Part shown: piece after piece, positions 30,662 to 42,920 of the stretch
How positions within the stretch are numbered: the stretch's first letter is position 1
How the letters are laid out: each line of letters begins with the position of its first letter
Origin: Lama glama
Taxonomy: Eukaryota
Direction: 5' to 3'
NCBI GenBank assembly: GCA_028534125.1
Contig: CM052816.1
Location: forward strand, 34,102,001 to 34,166,000
Length of the DNA stretch: 64,000 bases
Made by a program: the position numbers and the translations under genes
The notes under the pieces: generated by a model
Databases searched by the model: none
What the model was told of the DNA's origin: nothing
The model's input: only the letters and a program-made list of their open reading frames with translations

Positions 30662-30900
30662 TTCTTCACTCATTCAACAAGCATTCTCTTAACAGTTACT
30701 ATGTGCCAGGCATTGTATTAGGCCCCAAAGGATACAGAAGTGAATAAATTATGACACTTGCTGTTGAGGAGCTCAAAATCTGATAAAGAGAAGGACCTAA
30801 AAACACCAATTACAATACACTGCGATAAATGCACTGAAGAAACATGCTCTTCTAATACAAGATGCTTCGCGAACATAGATTAACAAGCTGCTAACTCTGC
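30662..30900 (-). mobile_element. L2 3' end
   Basis: tcactcattcaacaagcatt...tactatgtgccaggcattgtattagg...gaggagctcaaaatctga. Confidence 0.8.
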
Positions 30901-32044
30901 AGGATGAGCATATTTGTTTTTGAATATGGCAGAGGGATCTGGAATCTTTCACAAGAAAAACACTTCTGTATCAAGTTGCTAACATAATTAATCAGGAGTG
31001 ATTAATTATAAGGAGTAAGGAGCCCTCAGTAGTTGTTATGTTATTGTTATTGACTTGTATTAGTGACCAAACACTATGCTAATAGCTAAATTCTCACGTT
31101 TAGCCCATGAGGAAATTGAGGCTCAGAATTGAATAGGTCCTTAACATACAAATTGTCTTCCTATTAAATTTCTTCAAGCCTTTCAAACTTTGAAAACATA
31201 CAAAGGAATTAGTTTCTTCCATCATCATGGAGGAAGAGAGCTAAGACAAATCAGAGAGGAGCGGAGTACAGGAGTTTGCTGCTGCCCACACAGCTGGCAT
31301 GAAAAGAGTCTGAGGATAGGGTGGAGAACGGCCATCAGTCCTAACTCCAGCCACCCCTCAGGTCTGGGACAACTTACGGCACTCACACCCACCCCAACTG
31401 CTTCTCCCAGACCCACTCTGAAGAGAATAGAAGGCAGAAATGGAAAAAGAAGTCAAAAGAGTGGCCAGATTCCACCAACTGCAATGGTCTGGTTTCTCCT
31501 CTCAGCTGAACCAGCCATGTCATCGGTTGACCACTTCCAGCCCAAGTTCCACGGTACTTGGACTATCAGTGCAGGAGTCAGCTGTGGTTATTAAATAAGC
31601 AAAGATACCTCGGCTGGTCATCCCACGGCCCACTATGTCAGTCAGGTATGTGGGGTGCATTCAAGGAACTGCTGAGAAGGCAAAACTGAGATTTCCTAAA
31701 TCTTGTCCATTCTTTCCCCAGAATCTCTTGGATTCTTTTGGAGGCATCTTCTACTGTGACCTGGGTGTTTACCCATCTTAATATTGCAATATTCTTTTCT
31801 CTAATTTAAGATAAGCATTACAAAGCCTGAATTTTCAGTCACCTGTTAAATAAATCATTAAAAAATTCCCAAAGAGATAATAGCATCAAACCAACTGTTC
31901 CAAGGAGCAGTACGTGTAAGTCTTGGATTCGAATGGCCCTGGTAGTCAGGAGCCTGTTCTGCTATTATCCAGCTCTGTGACCTTGATAGTTGTTTTAACT
32001 CCTCTGACCCTTAATTTCCTTAACTGTGAAATGTGAGGTTTAGA

Positions 32045-32200
32045 CTAATGTTCCCCAAATACAAGTTCATGGGACAGATGCACGTTGGTAATTCAAGAGA
32101 ATTTCCCAAGCTATTTGGATATTTGGGGATGAGTCCCGAGATTCTATATTTTTTAAGGTCCCACAAAAGGTGGGATGTGCAGCTAGCTTTGAAAATCATG
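32045..32200. mobile_element. hAT-Charlie MITE, MER5-like, next to a MIR (31910-32045)
   Basis: ttggggatgagtcccgagattctatattttttaaggtccc...gctagctttgaaaatcatg. Confidence 0.5.
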
Positions 32201-33415
32201 AGGTTTCTTTCACCTTTGTCAAACAATGGTTTCACAAAAAGGTGGACAACTATGAAAAAGAACCTAGGAAGAAATAGGTAAATTCATTTTTCAAAGAATT
32301 AAGTCTACTTTAAAGTGTAGCTTTGTAAGAGAGCAGCAAACAACTTGCACAGATTTCATGATCTTACCTCCAAGCAAAACTATCTTCACTTAATCACAAT
32401 TCTCTAATAATTCTCTAATAAAATTGTTGGTGTGACACTTACTTAGATTTTAGATTTTTTTCATTTTAAATTAGGTATTAATAGCTAAAACATTAGTTTT
32501 TTTTTTTTGTTTTTTTTTTGCTCACAGCCAAAACAAAAGGCAAACCAGCAATTGAGTGCAAAGCAATTAAGTGGAGGCTTATGATTAAGACAGAGTTTTA
32601 TGAAGCCAAAGGCATTCCCAACCAATGAAGCAGATGCCTTGATCAGCCAGCATAGTTAAGAAAGAAAATGGAATTCTAGAAAACAATTTGGAAAGGAACT
32701 TGGAAGCAATATCCCAACAATGCTCTGGGGCTGACATTTCAAAAATGTATTTGCTCTTTATTCTAATCACTGTGGTACTTTCATCAAAGCAAAGGCATGA
32801 CATATGGAACAGAAGATATTCAGTGAGATGAAGGAGTAGTCAGATGCAAATGGTTGGAAAAGACCCAGAGATTACAATCTGGCTCACCTTACACATCCAA
32901 TCTCAGCTCCCTAAAGACTCGTAAGAGCTGTCATTTACGGAGAGCCTCTGGTAGAACAGGCACTGCGTAGCTTTCCACAATCCTCAGAGGAGCTCTAAGG
33001 AGACTGATGCTCAGAAAGATGATCTGGTTCACACAAAGCCTCAGACTTGCTAAGAGATGGGGCTGGGTTCGAACTTCCTGCTGTTTCTAAATCCAATTCC
33101 CTTTTGACCGTTATTCAAATACTGTTTCTGCCCTGTTGAAGCCCAAGCACACAGGCAAATGTTAGTGTATTGTCTTCTCAGGATGGTTCAGGGATTTAAC
33201 AGATGGAATTTCTCTGGAACAGTTTAATACCAATAAGAGACTGTTATTGAAGGATTGCCCTTTCCTTCTTGCTTTTATCATTGTTATTATTGACAGTTTT
33301 CTTTGATATCCAATACAGCTCTCATTATTTCTGATTGTCTACTCCTTATAAGACACCAAGCCATGCTGCAAAATAAGTGAAGAACACCATCTTTTCTTAA
33401 AATCTTATCTTTTCT

Positions 33416-34301
33416 TCCAAGACAGACAAACAAATGATCAATAGACACATGAAAAAAATGCTTAATATCACTAATTATCAGAGAAATGCAAATCAAAACT
33501 ACAATGAGGTATCACCTCACACCAATCAGAATGGCCATCATTCAAAAATCCACAAATGACAAATGCTGGAGAGGCTGCGGAGAAAAGGGAACCCTCCTAC
33601 ACTGCTGGTGGGAATGCAGTTTGGTGCAGCCACAGTGGAAAACAGTATGGAGATTCCTCAAAAGACTAGGAATAGACTTACTGTATGACCCAGGAATCCC
33701 GCTCCTGGGCATACATCCAGAAGGAACCCTACTTCAGGATGACACCTGCACTCCAATATTCATACCAGCACTATTTACAATATCCAAAACATGGAAACAG
33801 CCTAAATGTCCATCAACAGATGACGGGATAACGAAGATGTGGTATATTTATACAATGGAGTACTACTCAGCCATAAAAACCGACAACATAACGCCATTTG
33901 CAGCAACATGGATGCTCCTGGGAATGTCATTCTAAGTGAAGTAAGCCAGAAAGAGAAAGAAAAATACCATATGAGATCACTCATACATGGAATCTGAAAA
34001 CAAACAAAGAAACAAACAAAGCATAAATACAAAACAGAAATAGACTCACAGACATAGAATACAAACTTGTGGTTGCCAAGGGGGCGGGGTGGGAAGAGAT
34101 AGACAGGGATTTCAAAATTGTAGAACAGATAAACAAGATTATACTGTATAGCACAGGGAAATATACACAAGATCTTATGGTAGCTCACAGAGAAAAAATG
34201 TGACTATATATATATGTTCATGTATGACTGAAAAATTGTGCTCTACACTGGAATTTGACACAACATTGTAAAATGATTATAAATCAATAAAAAATTAAAA
34301 A
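33416..34301 (+). mobile_element. Young camelid-type 5'-truncated L1 (ORF2 C-terminus, 3'UTR, AATAAA + A tail)
   Basis: 149-aa open ORF2 segment ([17 protein letters not shown]...HCWWEC...[13 protein letters not shown]); 17-bp TSD aaaatcttatcttttct (33399-33415) / aaaaccttatcttttct (34302-34318); TT/AAAA target. Confidence 0.97.
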
Positions 34302-35069
34302 AAAACCTTATCTTTTCTGCATGCTTTCACTGTGTGTTTAAAATCTATTGTCCTTACACACACAGCCACCCAATCAAAACTATCAGCAATGAGCAACTCC
34401 TGCATGACATGGTCTTTGTACACTGAAACCACAAATAACTAATAATGAGCTCTTTTACATCTCAAGCAAACTCATCAGGTATTGATAAATGGCACAGGCT
34501 GGAACAAAGGCTGAAAGCAGAAAGCTGGTGGGAGATGGACTGAACAGATTACTTGAGTCTTTATATCAACAGCTTCTTTTCCAGGAGGAGAAAAATCCCC
34601 TTAAATGGGTCATTGATCCCATGCAATATGAATCAAAACCAGAAAAAAATTCAGTGACAAAATGCATAATATCAATCAATCAAGGACTAATATGGAATCA
34701 GTCACTGATGCTTGGGTCTCACTGTCAGAACATCTCAGCCTACTGCACCTTTCCTGTCTCCAGCAGGTGAACCCTGGACCTACCAAAGCCCCAGGTCTGC
34801 ACCCCAAACTTCATCCTCCAGTGAGAGTAGCCCCGGGGGCTAAAATGAGCACTGGGCGGTCCTGCAGAAGAGGAGCTAGGGCTGATCGAGGTATGTTGAA
34901 TGCAACTGTCTCAGGAGCACGCTTCTTGCCTTGCCCCACGGCCAGGCACCAGACCCTTCTTTGGAGAGCCCTCCCTCAGGAGACAGAGCCAGAGTGGAGG
35001 AGACCTGGGCTTAGGCTTTGCCTGTCTCCCTAACCGAAAAGAAGTCTTTTCCTGAAGGTGTGGCTGTGG

Positions 35070-35600
35070 CGCCAGGCGTGATCCCCAGTGCCACCGGTGG
35101 GCGGCGGGAGTGAGCTGCCTCTCTGGCTGGGCTGTGGAACCCGCGCACAGGAGGAGCCTGCACCCCACCAGTCTCTGATGCCAGTTCCTTTTATTTCTGT
35201 GAAGCTACTTAATGAGATTCTTCATGCATAAAATTAATTTTTGCCCTCTTCTATCAGCTTTTACCACTAAAGGATTTACTTACCATTTTGTCAGATTTTA
35301 TTTATACGTGCAATCAAGGGGACCCGAATCATAATGAAGGCTTTTATGGGTAATGATGGGAGATACAAAGGGAAGCTGAGAGCGGGCAGCCATCCAGGCC
35401 CTGTGTGGATGCCAGGATGCATTATGCACGAGATACCCCCCGCAGAAACGCACATGAGGCCCTGCCTTCCCAGAGTGATACTTCAAGTCAGATCCTAATT
35501 TGTAGCTGAGGGAGAGGAGGAGGAGCAGGGCTATTAATAAACAGTGCAAATAATTAGGCTTTAAGGGAATCTGGTTGTTTTTGTACACACTTGATTTGCT
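35070..35600. promoter_or_regulatory. Candidate enhancer/insulator: local CpG cluster with GC box and CTCF-like motif, plus POU/HOX/MEF2-like motifs
   Basis: 7 CpG in 35070-35146; ccaccggtgggcgg 35091-35104; ttttatgg 35342-35349; ctattaataa 35531-35540; not recognisably repeat-derived. Confidence 0.35.
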
Positions 35601-35739
35601 CTCAAACCCTTCACAAATGTGTCCTGAGCCACTGCTTGGCAGCCAGTGGGTGGCTGCACTGACTGCCCCACTGGGAAGTTGTCTGGAGCTAGACTGGGAA
35701 CAGGGCTGGCGAACGTGCTCCTTGGTGACAGCGGACCTT

Positions 35740-35905
35740 GTTCACTGAGTGCCGTCCCTTAAGCACAGGCTCTGTGCCAGGCACTGTGCTGACACCATGT
35801 CACCTACTCTTCCAAACGGCTGGTAGGGTGGCTTTTTTCATTCCCACTTTAAAGACAAGGAAACGAAGGCCCAGAGAGGGTCCACAGCTGCCTAAGGTCA
35901 CAGAC
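35740..35905 (-). mobile_element. MIR
   Basis: tgtgccaggcactgtgctg...cccactttaaagacaaggaaacgaaggcccagagagg...gcctaaggtcacag. Confidence 0.8.
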
Positions 35906-36039
35906 TCGTGTTTGTGGAATTCTCCACGCCTCTGCCTGGGTCAGGGGAAAGTTGATCTTTTTTTCCCCACTCCATTCTCAGCTGTGAACACTCCTCCAGG
36001 CTAGAAAGTTCAGTCCAATGTATTCAGAACAAGCATGAG

Positions 36040-36170
36040 ACGGGGTGCATCTAGTTCTACTCCCATTCTTATTACTACACACTGTGTGACCTTGGGCAAA
36101 TCATTCCACTTCTCTGGCTGTTACATTCATCTTTTGTAAAACAAGATTATAATCTCAGGGAGCCTGTTGA
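36040..36170 (+). mobile_element. MIR
   Basis: ctgtgtgaccttgggcaaatcattccacttctctgg...catcttttgtaaaa. Confidence 0.75.
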
Positions 36171-36714
36171 GTTCTGGCATTATTCTTCTGGGACACTCTC
36201 TCCACATAGCTGACAAATGTGTGCAAAGGGCAAAGTTAACTCACAGAGAATGAGCTCAGTTTTTAGACTAAACCACTTGGAGCTACGCCACTGCGCAGAC
36301 AGCGCTGGGATGGTCTCAGGATTCCCAAAGCTGGGAGTGACAGCCAAGCTGCCATGGAACATCAGAGACTTTTTTCTCACTCACCCTTTTCTTGCCAATA
36401 CTGGAGATGCAGAATCATAAAGATGACCAAAATGAAAGTTGCATCAGATGGCTAAGGACTAACAAATGAACATGAAGGGCACAGAGATACAGCTTGGCCC
36501 TTTCCAGGATGGGAATCTTGCTATGGAGTTCCAGAGGCTAGATGGGGATTTTATTTGGGGGAGAACTTGACTCTCTTGGTGTCTCATATTCCCAACAAGG
36601 AAAAGATGTCACTGGTTGTTTGAACCACAGAAGGAATTTCTGTGACCCAGTGCAGCCTACTCCCCTACCTGGGTTCTATGTCTTTGACACTGCAACCCAA
36701 GGATCACAAAGTTT

Positions 36715-37030
36715 TGTCCATTCAGCAAACACTTGCTGAGATCCTCCTGTGCTCTAAGCTCATGCTAGGTGTTAAGTGTCAAGGATAAAATGCAAGGGAA
36801 GATGCAAAGCTTTCCCTGAATGTGTTCACAATCTCATGAGGACTATGGCAAAGAGGATGGTTTGGAGGATGGTCATCTAGCCGAAGAGGAATGGGCCATG
36901 GGAAAGGTATTCATTAGAGTTAAGGCAAGGAAAAATTAATTCCAAAGAAGATAGGAGCTTGAGGTGAATCTTGATGGAGTAGAAATTAGCCAGGCAGGTG
37001 CAGAAGAGAAAGGAGTTCCAACAGAGAGAA
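36715..37030 (-). mobile_element. L2 fragment
   Basis: ccattcagcaaacacttgctgag...gagcttgaggtgaatcttgatggagtagaaattagccaggcag. Confidence 0.6.
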
Positions 37031-37695
37031 GAGTAGATAACTCTTCATTGAGCCTGCCGTGTCTAATGGGAGAAAGCACTGTTTCAGCAGAGTCAGGACA
37101 TTCTTCCCTCAGTGATGTTTTTGGGAATTACAGTGTGGGATGTTCTGGTCTCTAGTATACATAGCTTTTCCCCTTCTAAATGCATCTGTTTTCCCTTTCC
37201 TTCCTAGGAGTCTGATTGTGAAACCTCTTTCCAGCAATCTCATTGTGAATGCTCTTCAATGAGAAAGGATGCAGCAATGTTCTATGTCGAAAAGGTAAAC
37301 AGGAAGAAAGAATGGGAGAGACAGAAGAAACTGAATTCCAGTGAAGCCTTGACCACATCCAGATGCTCCATGGAGTGAGGTATCAGTTTCAGTAGAGCCA
37401 AGGGTCACTTTCCAAAGAAAAACTCAAGGGTGGAGAAGGCAGAAAAGTAGCTTATCGTGGCAGCAGTATTCCCTAAGCCACTCTTACCCAGACATTGAAT
37501 CAGCAGTGGAAAGAGAAAATGTAAGGAGGGTAGATGTGGGTTCTGACTGGCAGAAGTCCCACCGAGATGGAATGAACTACTCCAGACTCTGTGGAAAGTC
37601 AAGAGAGCAAGAGGGAGTCGGGGACCAACTCCACAAGCCTCTCAAATGCTCCCACATTTATTGTGTACAAGCAATGGGAAAATCACCAACACTTG

Positions 37696-38175
37696 TGTCA
37701 TGGGACATAGGAGTTTAAGGAAAGACAGGATCCAGTAGAGATTATAGAATCCACAATGAGTACAAAGGCTTAATTTATTCTCAGGGAAGTCATGGGAAGA
37801 GGGAACAAGGTACATTCTTCAGACATAAGAAGTTGATTACAAAACAGACCACCAGACTGCCCGTTTCTTGTCTTGGGGGTTATAGCTATCTAAACAGCAG
37901 AGAGCATGCCCAGGGTTTATAGCTGAGGGCATGGGTCGTCGCTTTGCAATGAAAAGAGTAAACCCTGAACTATGGACCTATGCTTAAAATAAGCCATGTC
38001 CTGTGTTTATAGCAAGGGACACACAATGGCTTTGCCAGTGGAAGCAGCCCTAAGCTAAAGTCTCAACTATGCAAGCAAGGCTTTGTCTCTGCTTTTTATG
38101 GCAAGATGTACCGGGGCCTGCTAGCAAAGCACATCTGTTGTTCCTAAAGGTCACAAGCAGCTGGGGTCTGTTACA
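37696..38175 (-). mobile_element. Ancient solo LTR, family uncertain (possibly Gypsy-type MamGypLTR/LTR8x)
   Basis: TG...CA termini (minus strand TGTAACA...TGACA), minus-strand AATAAA near the 3' end, degenerate flanks acttg/attta. Confidence 0.45.
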
Positions 38176-39489
38176 ATTTATTAACCCAATCAGATAGAAA
38201 AGGCATCTTTGCTCTCTTCTGGATTGTTAAGAAATAAACAGGAGAGACAAAAAATTTGTTGCCATGAGCTAATGGCTAGGCCTGAGTAAAACCAGGTCTA
38301 CCTTGCCATGATAGCTCAAGAAGTGTTGCCCATATATTCTGATGTGGGCAGGAAGAAACCAGCATTCCCTAGGCATCTAGACCAGAGACGGCACCAGAGG
38401 TGGGGGGCGGGTGGGAGAAGGCGCATGGCTTTCCTCTTGTAACTCCAATCTTAACTCAGCCACAAAATGTTAATTGAGCAGATGGGAGAGGGGCTAAGAA
38501 GATGCAGTAGAGTGTCTAGGGTAGCCATCAATGCTCTAAAGTTGGAAGAAGTGTCTCATAGCATCACTGACACACAGCATCTTTATTTTCCCCTCCATGA
38601 ACTATCTTATTACAAGAGTAGAAGCACGGGTGAAAAATGAGGTGGGGCCACACAAAAGAGACTTGATGGAAATAGGAATAACAAAGCATTGAGCAATTTC
38701 TTGTGACTCACATGCAGAGAGAAAATGTTTTCGTGGAAGAAAGCCAGAGGAGGGCCTCACAGGAAGTACAGTGAGCTTTTCTTTTGCAATCCCATTATTA
38801 CTTTAATCATTTTTTTTTCTGATTACTAAAATGATGAAGGTTCTTTGAATAATATTTAGAAAGTACACAAAAGCACACAAAAGAAAATAAAAATCATTCC
38901 ACTATCTAAAGAAAAGAATTATTAGCATTTTAACTCTTACAGATCAAAGAGTTTTTTAAGAGAAAAACGAGAAAGAAAGGGGTGGCAAAAAGCTATGAGA
39001 ACACTGAACTCTAAATAGATGGCAAATAATTTAGTGACAAAAAGCATTATCTGTATTACTAAATATGTACTGAAACATAAATTCTTATGAGAAATGTATC
39101 GCTTAAAGTAAAAATAATTTGAGACAATGGTATTTTGATATGGTGGTCGTTTACATCAAAATATTAACACAGCTTTATGATCAAGTGTTATACACAGTGG
39201 AGGTCCCTCTCCATCCCATCCCTGAGTCTCACTCTCTCTCCTTTATTCCGCTCATTATTCTTTCCCTTTGGGATAGTCCGATATTGATGTAAATGACACT
39301 GACTTGGCAAGGCTCAGGAACTGAGTGAATATCAAGGAAGGAATGAGGGTGAGTGCCAAGAATGATTCTGGGGCCAGATCAAAGCTTTATACAAATATTC
39401 TTCTCTGCACCTCTCCTATACATGTGAAAATAAGGAGAACAAGAAAGCCTCTCTTGAGTCTTAATCGCACAGATTCTCTGTGGGTGGCT

Positions 39490-39753
39490 TCAATCCTCCC
39501 CTCTTACATTCAAGTTGAGGGTGCTGTTTCCTGTTGATAGATAGGCTACCTCCTCCCCTACCAGAATGGGTTTGTCAGCTGGCTGTCGTCCAGGCAACAC
39601 CTCACCCTGCCCATTCGTACAGACTGACAACTGGATCAAGCCCAGCCCAGATCTGGGCCCTGAGCTGTCCATGGAAAGCTGAGAAACACTGCTACTGGTT
39701 CCCCTCAGTGGTGGCCACAAGTCCTGACCAGCACTACCTTCATCAGACTCCAT
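39490..39753 (-). other. Unidentified small ORF (87 aa from ATG) in an exon-like context
   Basis: Strong Kozak gagaacATGG, open to TGA at 39490, possible acceptor AG at 39929-39930, minus-strand AATAAA at 39242-39247; no homologue recognised. Confidence 0.2.
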
Positions 39754-40334
39754 GTTCTCAGACGAGTCCCTGGTAGCACTGTTACTATAATCCAGTGAAG
39801 GACTGGGAAACACAGTGATGCCAGTTTCTAGAGACAAGTGAGTTCAGTTGTTCTTCAGAAAGAGTCCTACTGTCCGCCAGTCAATCACCCACAGATTCTT
39901 GTTGTGCTATGGGTTCGCTGGTAGGAACCTTGTTAGGGAGACCCAACAGGGTAACAACAACAAAAAATTACCAAGAAGTTCAAGAGACTCTCCTTTATGA
40001 GAGCACCGTTTTAACACATTTCTAGCCTATGGCCAAGGGAAATCAGAGGAATATCTTTGGAATTTCCAGCCAAAGTTATGACAAAATTCCTCAGCCATTC
40101 AGCATTGACACTGTGCTGAAGTATGCATCTCCCTACATCTGCTCAGTTGTGAATTAATCCATCTATTCACATACACCCACCAATGCCTTCATTCAATAAA
40201 TATTTATTGATTATATGATGTGGCCAATATCATGCTAGTTACCAAAATTAATAAGGAGCATTGCTTCTTTGAAAAAAGCTCACAATTTAATAGAGAAAAC
40301 TAACATGTATCAATAGTAACAATAATCATAACAA

Positions 40335-40530
40335 CAACACTCATTGAACACCTACTACGTGTAAGGCGTTATGCAAATGTTTTGTGTGATTTAACTCATA
40401 CAATCGTCACAACAAGCCCATAAGCTATGTAGTATTACGACCACTATTACAGAGATCAGAAATCCGAGGCACATAGAGGTGAACTTGCCCAGGATCACCA
40501 AGGTGAGCCAGGAAGACCTCCAGAGCCTCT
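40335..40530 (-). mobile_element. MIR (preceded by an L2 tail at ~40170-40320)
   Basis: cattgaacacctactacgtgtaaggc...cagaaatccgaggcacatagaggtgaacttgcccaggatcac. Confidence 0.8.
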
Positions 40531-42349
40531 GTCCTTGTTAGTAGGCAGTGTGAAGTAAGTTCGCTGGGCACATAAGGAAGAATCATTAGTTTCTAAATTA
40601 ATATCCATGTACTACTGTCTTGAGGATTGAGATGAGAACTCTGTGCAGCAGACCCAGCCCTTTAACCACTGTAGCTTTAACTCCCACGGGCCGCACTGAG
40701 GGTGCATTCAGGCCTGTGTGTGGGAGGTAGGAAGGCATGATTCCATGCTTGATATCGGGAACAGATGTGTCCCAAAACAACTCTGACTCAGAATTCTGCT
40801 CGCCAAGGGAATAAGTCTGAATTGTTTGTCCAACCAACAGATAATATGCTTAAGAAGAAAGCAAGTTTATTCAAGGAGAAGCTTTCTTGCAACTCACTGC
40901 TAGGGATTTGAAATCTTTGGCGGAGTGATTCCAAAAAATGAACCAGCCAAATAGCCACATTTTATGGAGCACCCAATCCAAACAGGACATTATCTTGCTT
41001 ATTGCTTTGAAGCCACAGTAAGCCTTAAGGAATTAAAAATATTTTTTTTGTGTGTGATACCAAGTTTTCTAATCCAGAAGCCCAGCTCAAAAATTTCAAA
41101 GAAAATCCAGATAATTCATAGTTGGGCATTGAGGACATCAGATAAAACTGATATTTTCTTCAAGGGAGGCAATGCATTTGGGGCTGTCTTCTGCTGTTTC
41201 TTTTTCTTTAATAGAAAACTTCCTACTATAGCTTGTCTTGATTTCTTTCCTTTTCTTTTTTCTTTTAGGATCCCAAAAGACCATCAGTCTACCTGTTTCA
41301 CTTTCAGTAAAATGCAAATAGTATACATACATTTAGGATAACTTAGTAAATAATTTATAGCCTGAACAGTAAATTATTTATTTACTCCAGGCATACATAT
41401 TTAGAATATGAACATAAATATTTTATAGTCTGTTCCACCGCTAACAAAAAATTAAATCAGCCTGCTCGCAGACCTGGTTTGTCCTGTACACACTCGCTAC
41501 ATCATTGCTGACCTGTAAGCAATCTCACACCACCATGCACTACGTAAATTACCGTACTGACAGGATTTTCCAAGACATTCAGTCTGAAGCCTGTTTCAAT
41601 CTCTCCTCCATACACTACCCTCTTGCTCTCACTTACTCCTTTCCTCTTCCTCAAATTTTCTCTAATCTGGTAAGTGTCTGGTTAGTCCTTTACCAATGAG
41701 CATGTATGTGCTGTGCACGGACTGTATTTAATGCTTGCTGAGAACTGTGGACGATCACTGGAGGAAGTAACTGTGGGCCTTCCTAGGAGTTTGTATTCTG
41801 GCTAAGTTACACATGTCCTCTGCAAACAAACAAGCAAACAAACAAAACATCAGGACACTTTAAATAAATGCTATGGATATTTTTGAAAAGTGATAGCATT
41901 TGAACACACCATGTGGGTACTCTGGCTACTGTGGGCATCTGTAAAAACTGAGGATATATATGAGGCAGAATTTGTGACCTCTGAATACAATGGCTTCTTT
42001 TGAACTTTGGAGCTACTTCAAACACCTTAGTGCACTTAGCATCCAGCAGCAACTGGCTCTACCATGCTCAAAAAATAGACTATAGCCACAGAAGGTCCAG
42101 AAAGGGAAAATTACGATGATTGAAGGGCCAGGAGTAGAATCTTTTGGAATTGAACATTTAGTACTAAATACTGGATTGTAAAGCATAGGACAGAAACAGG
42201 AAAAACTTGAAATGATATAAAACCATAAAAATTAAAGACAAATTGAAAATAAGCTTATTTTACAAATCCTTGAAAGAGCAGGACAGCTTTATGAAGACTC
42301 CTCTTTGAAACTCATGGGAGTAAATACTAGAATGGTGCATGGATACCAC

Positions 42350-42510
42350 CTCCTGAGTACTCTGCCTTCCAGGCTTGACATACGTTGCCTGATGCAGTCC
42401 TCACAATAGTCTTACAAGGCAACTGCTACTGGCATCATTTTGCAGCTGAGGAAATTGAGACTCAGAGTTTAACAAGTACCCCAGAGGGCAGAAAGCTGGT
42501 AAATGACAGT
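42350..42510 (-). mobile_element. MIR
   Basis: cattttgcagctgaggaaattgagactcagag. Confidence 0.75.
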
Positions 42511-42529
42511 ATGTGGCTAATTTTTACAC

Positions 42530-42920
42530 TTTTCACCTGCTTTTGAAAATAGTGAGGCCTCTACCTTTGTTGGGCAGAAATGTCTTTATATGTATATTAT
42601 ATCAAGCTTATTTTTTATGCTGTTAAAAATTTCTATATTCTTACATGTTTATTTTGTTTGCTTGAGCTTTCAAGTTCAAAGTGTGGACTTGAAAATTTCT
42701 CTTGAGTACATTCTCTTAAAATTCTGTCACTTTGGGGTTTAAAAATATGAAATGGCATTAATAAGTTTATAAAATTTTTAAATTGTTATATATTTCTAGT
42801 GAATTAACTCTTATCATTATGAAGTGACACTATCTCTACTAATGACTTTTTTATTATAGGCTATTTTTTCTGAAATTAATATGACTATCTAAACTGTCTT
42901 TTATTAGTGTTTTTATATTA
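42530..42920 (-). mobile_element. Old L1 ORF2 endonuclease-region fragment
   Basis: gaattaactcttatcattatgaagtg...ttctgaaattaatatgactatc...ttttattagtg resembles antisense L1 EN sequence. Confidence 0.65.

Noticed and set aside
33486..33935. 149-aa ORF as a host gene
   Set aside because: It is the L1 ORF2 C-terminus in a 5'-truncated copy with no promoter
38399..38415. G-rich tract as a G-quadruplex or promoter
   Set aside because: Only three separate G3+ runs and no CpG-island context
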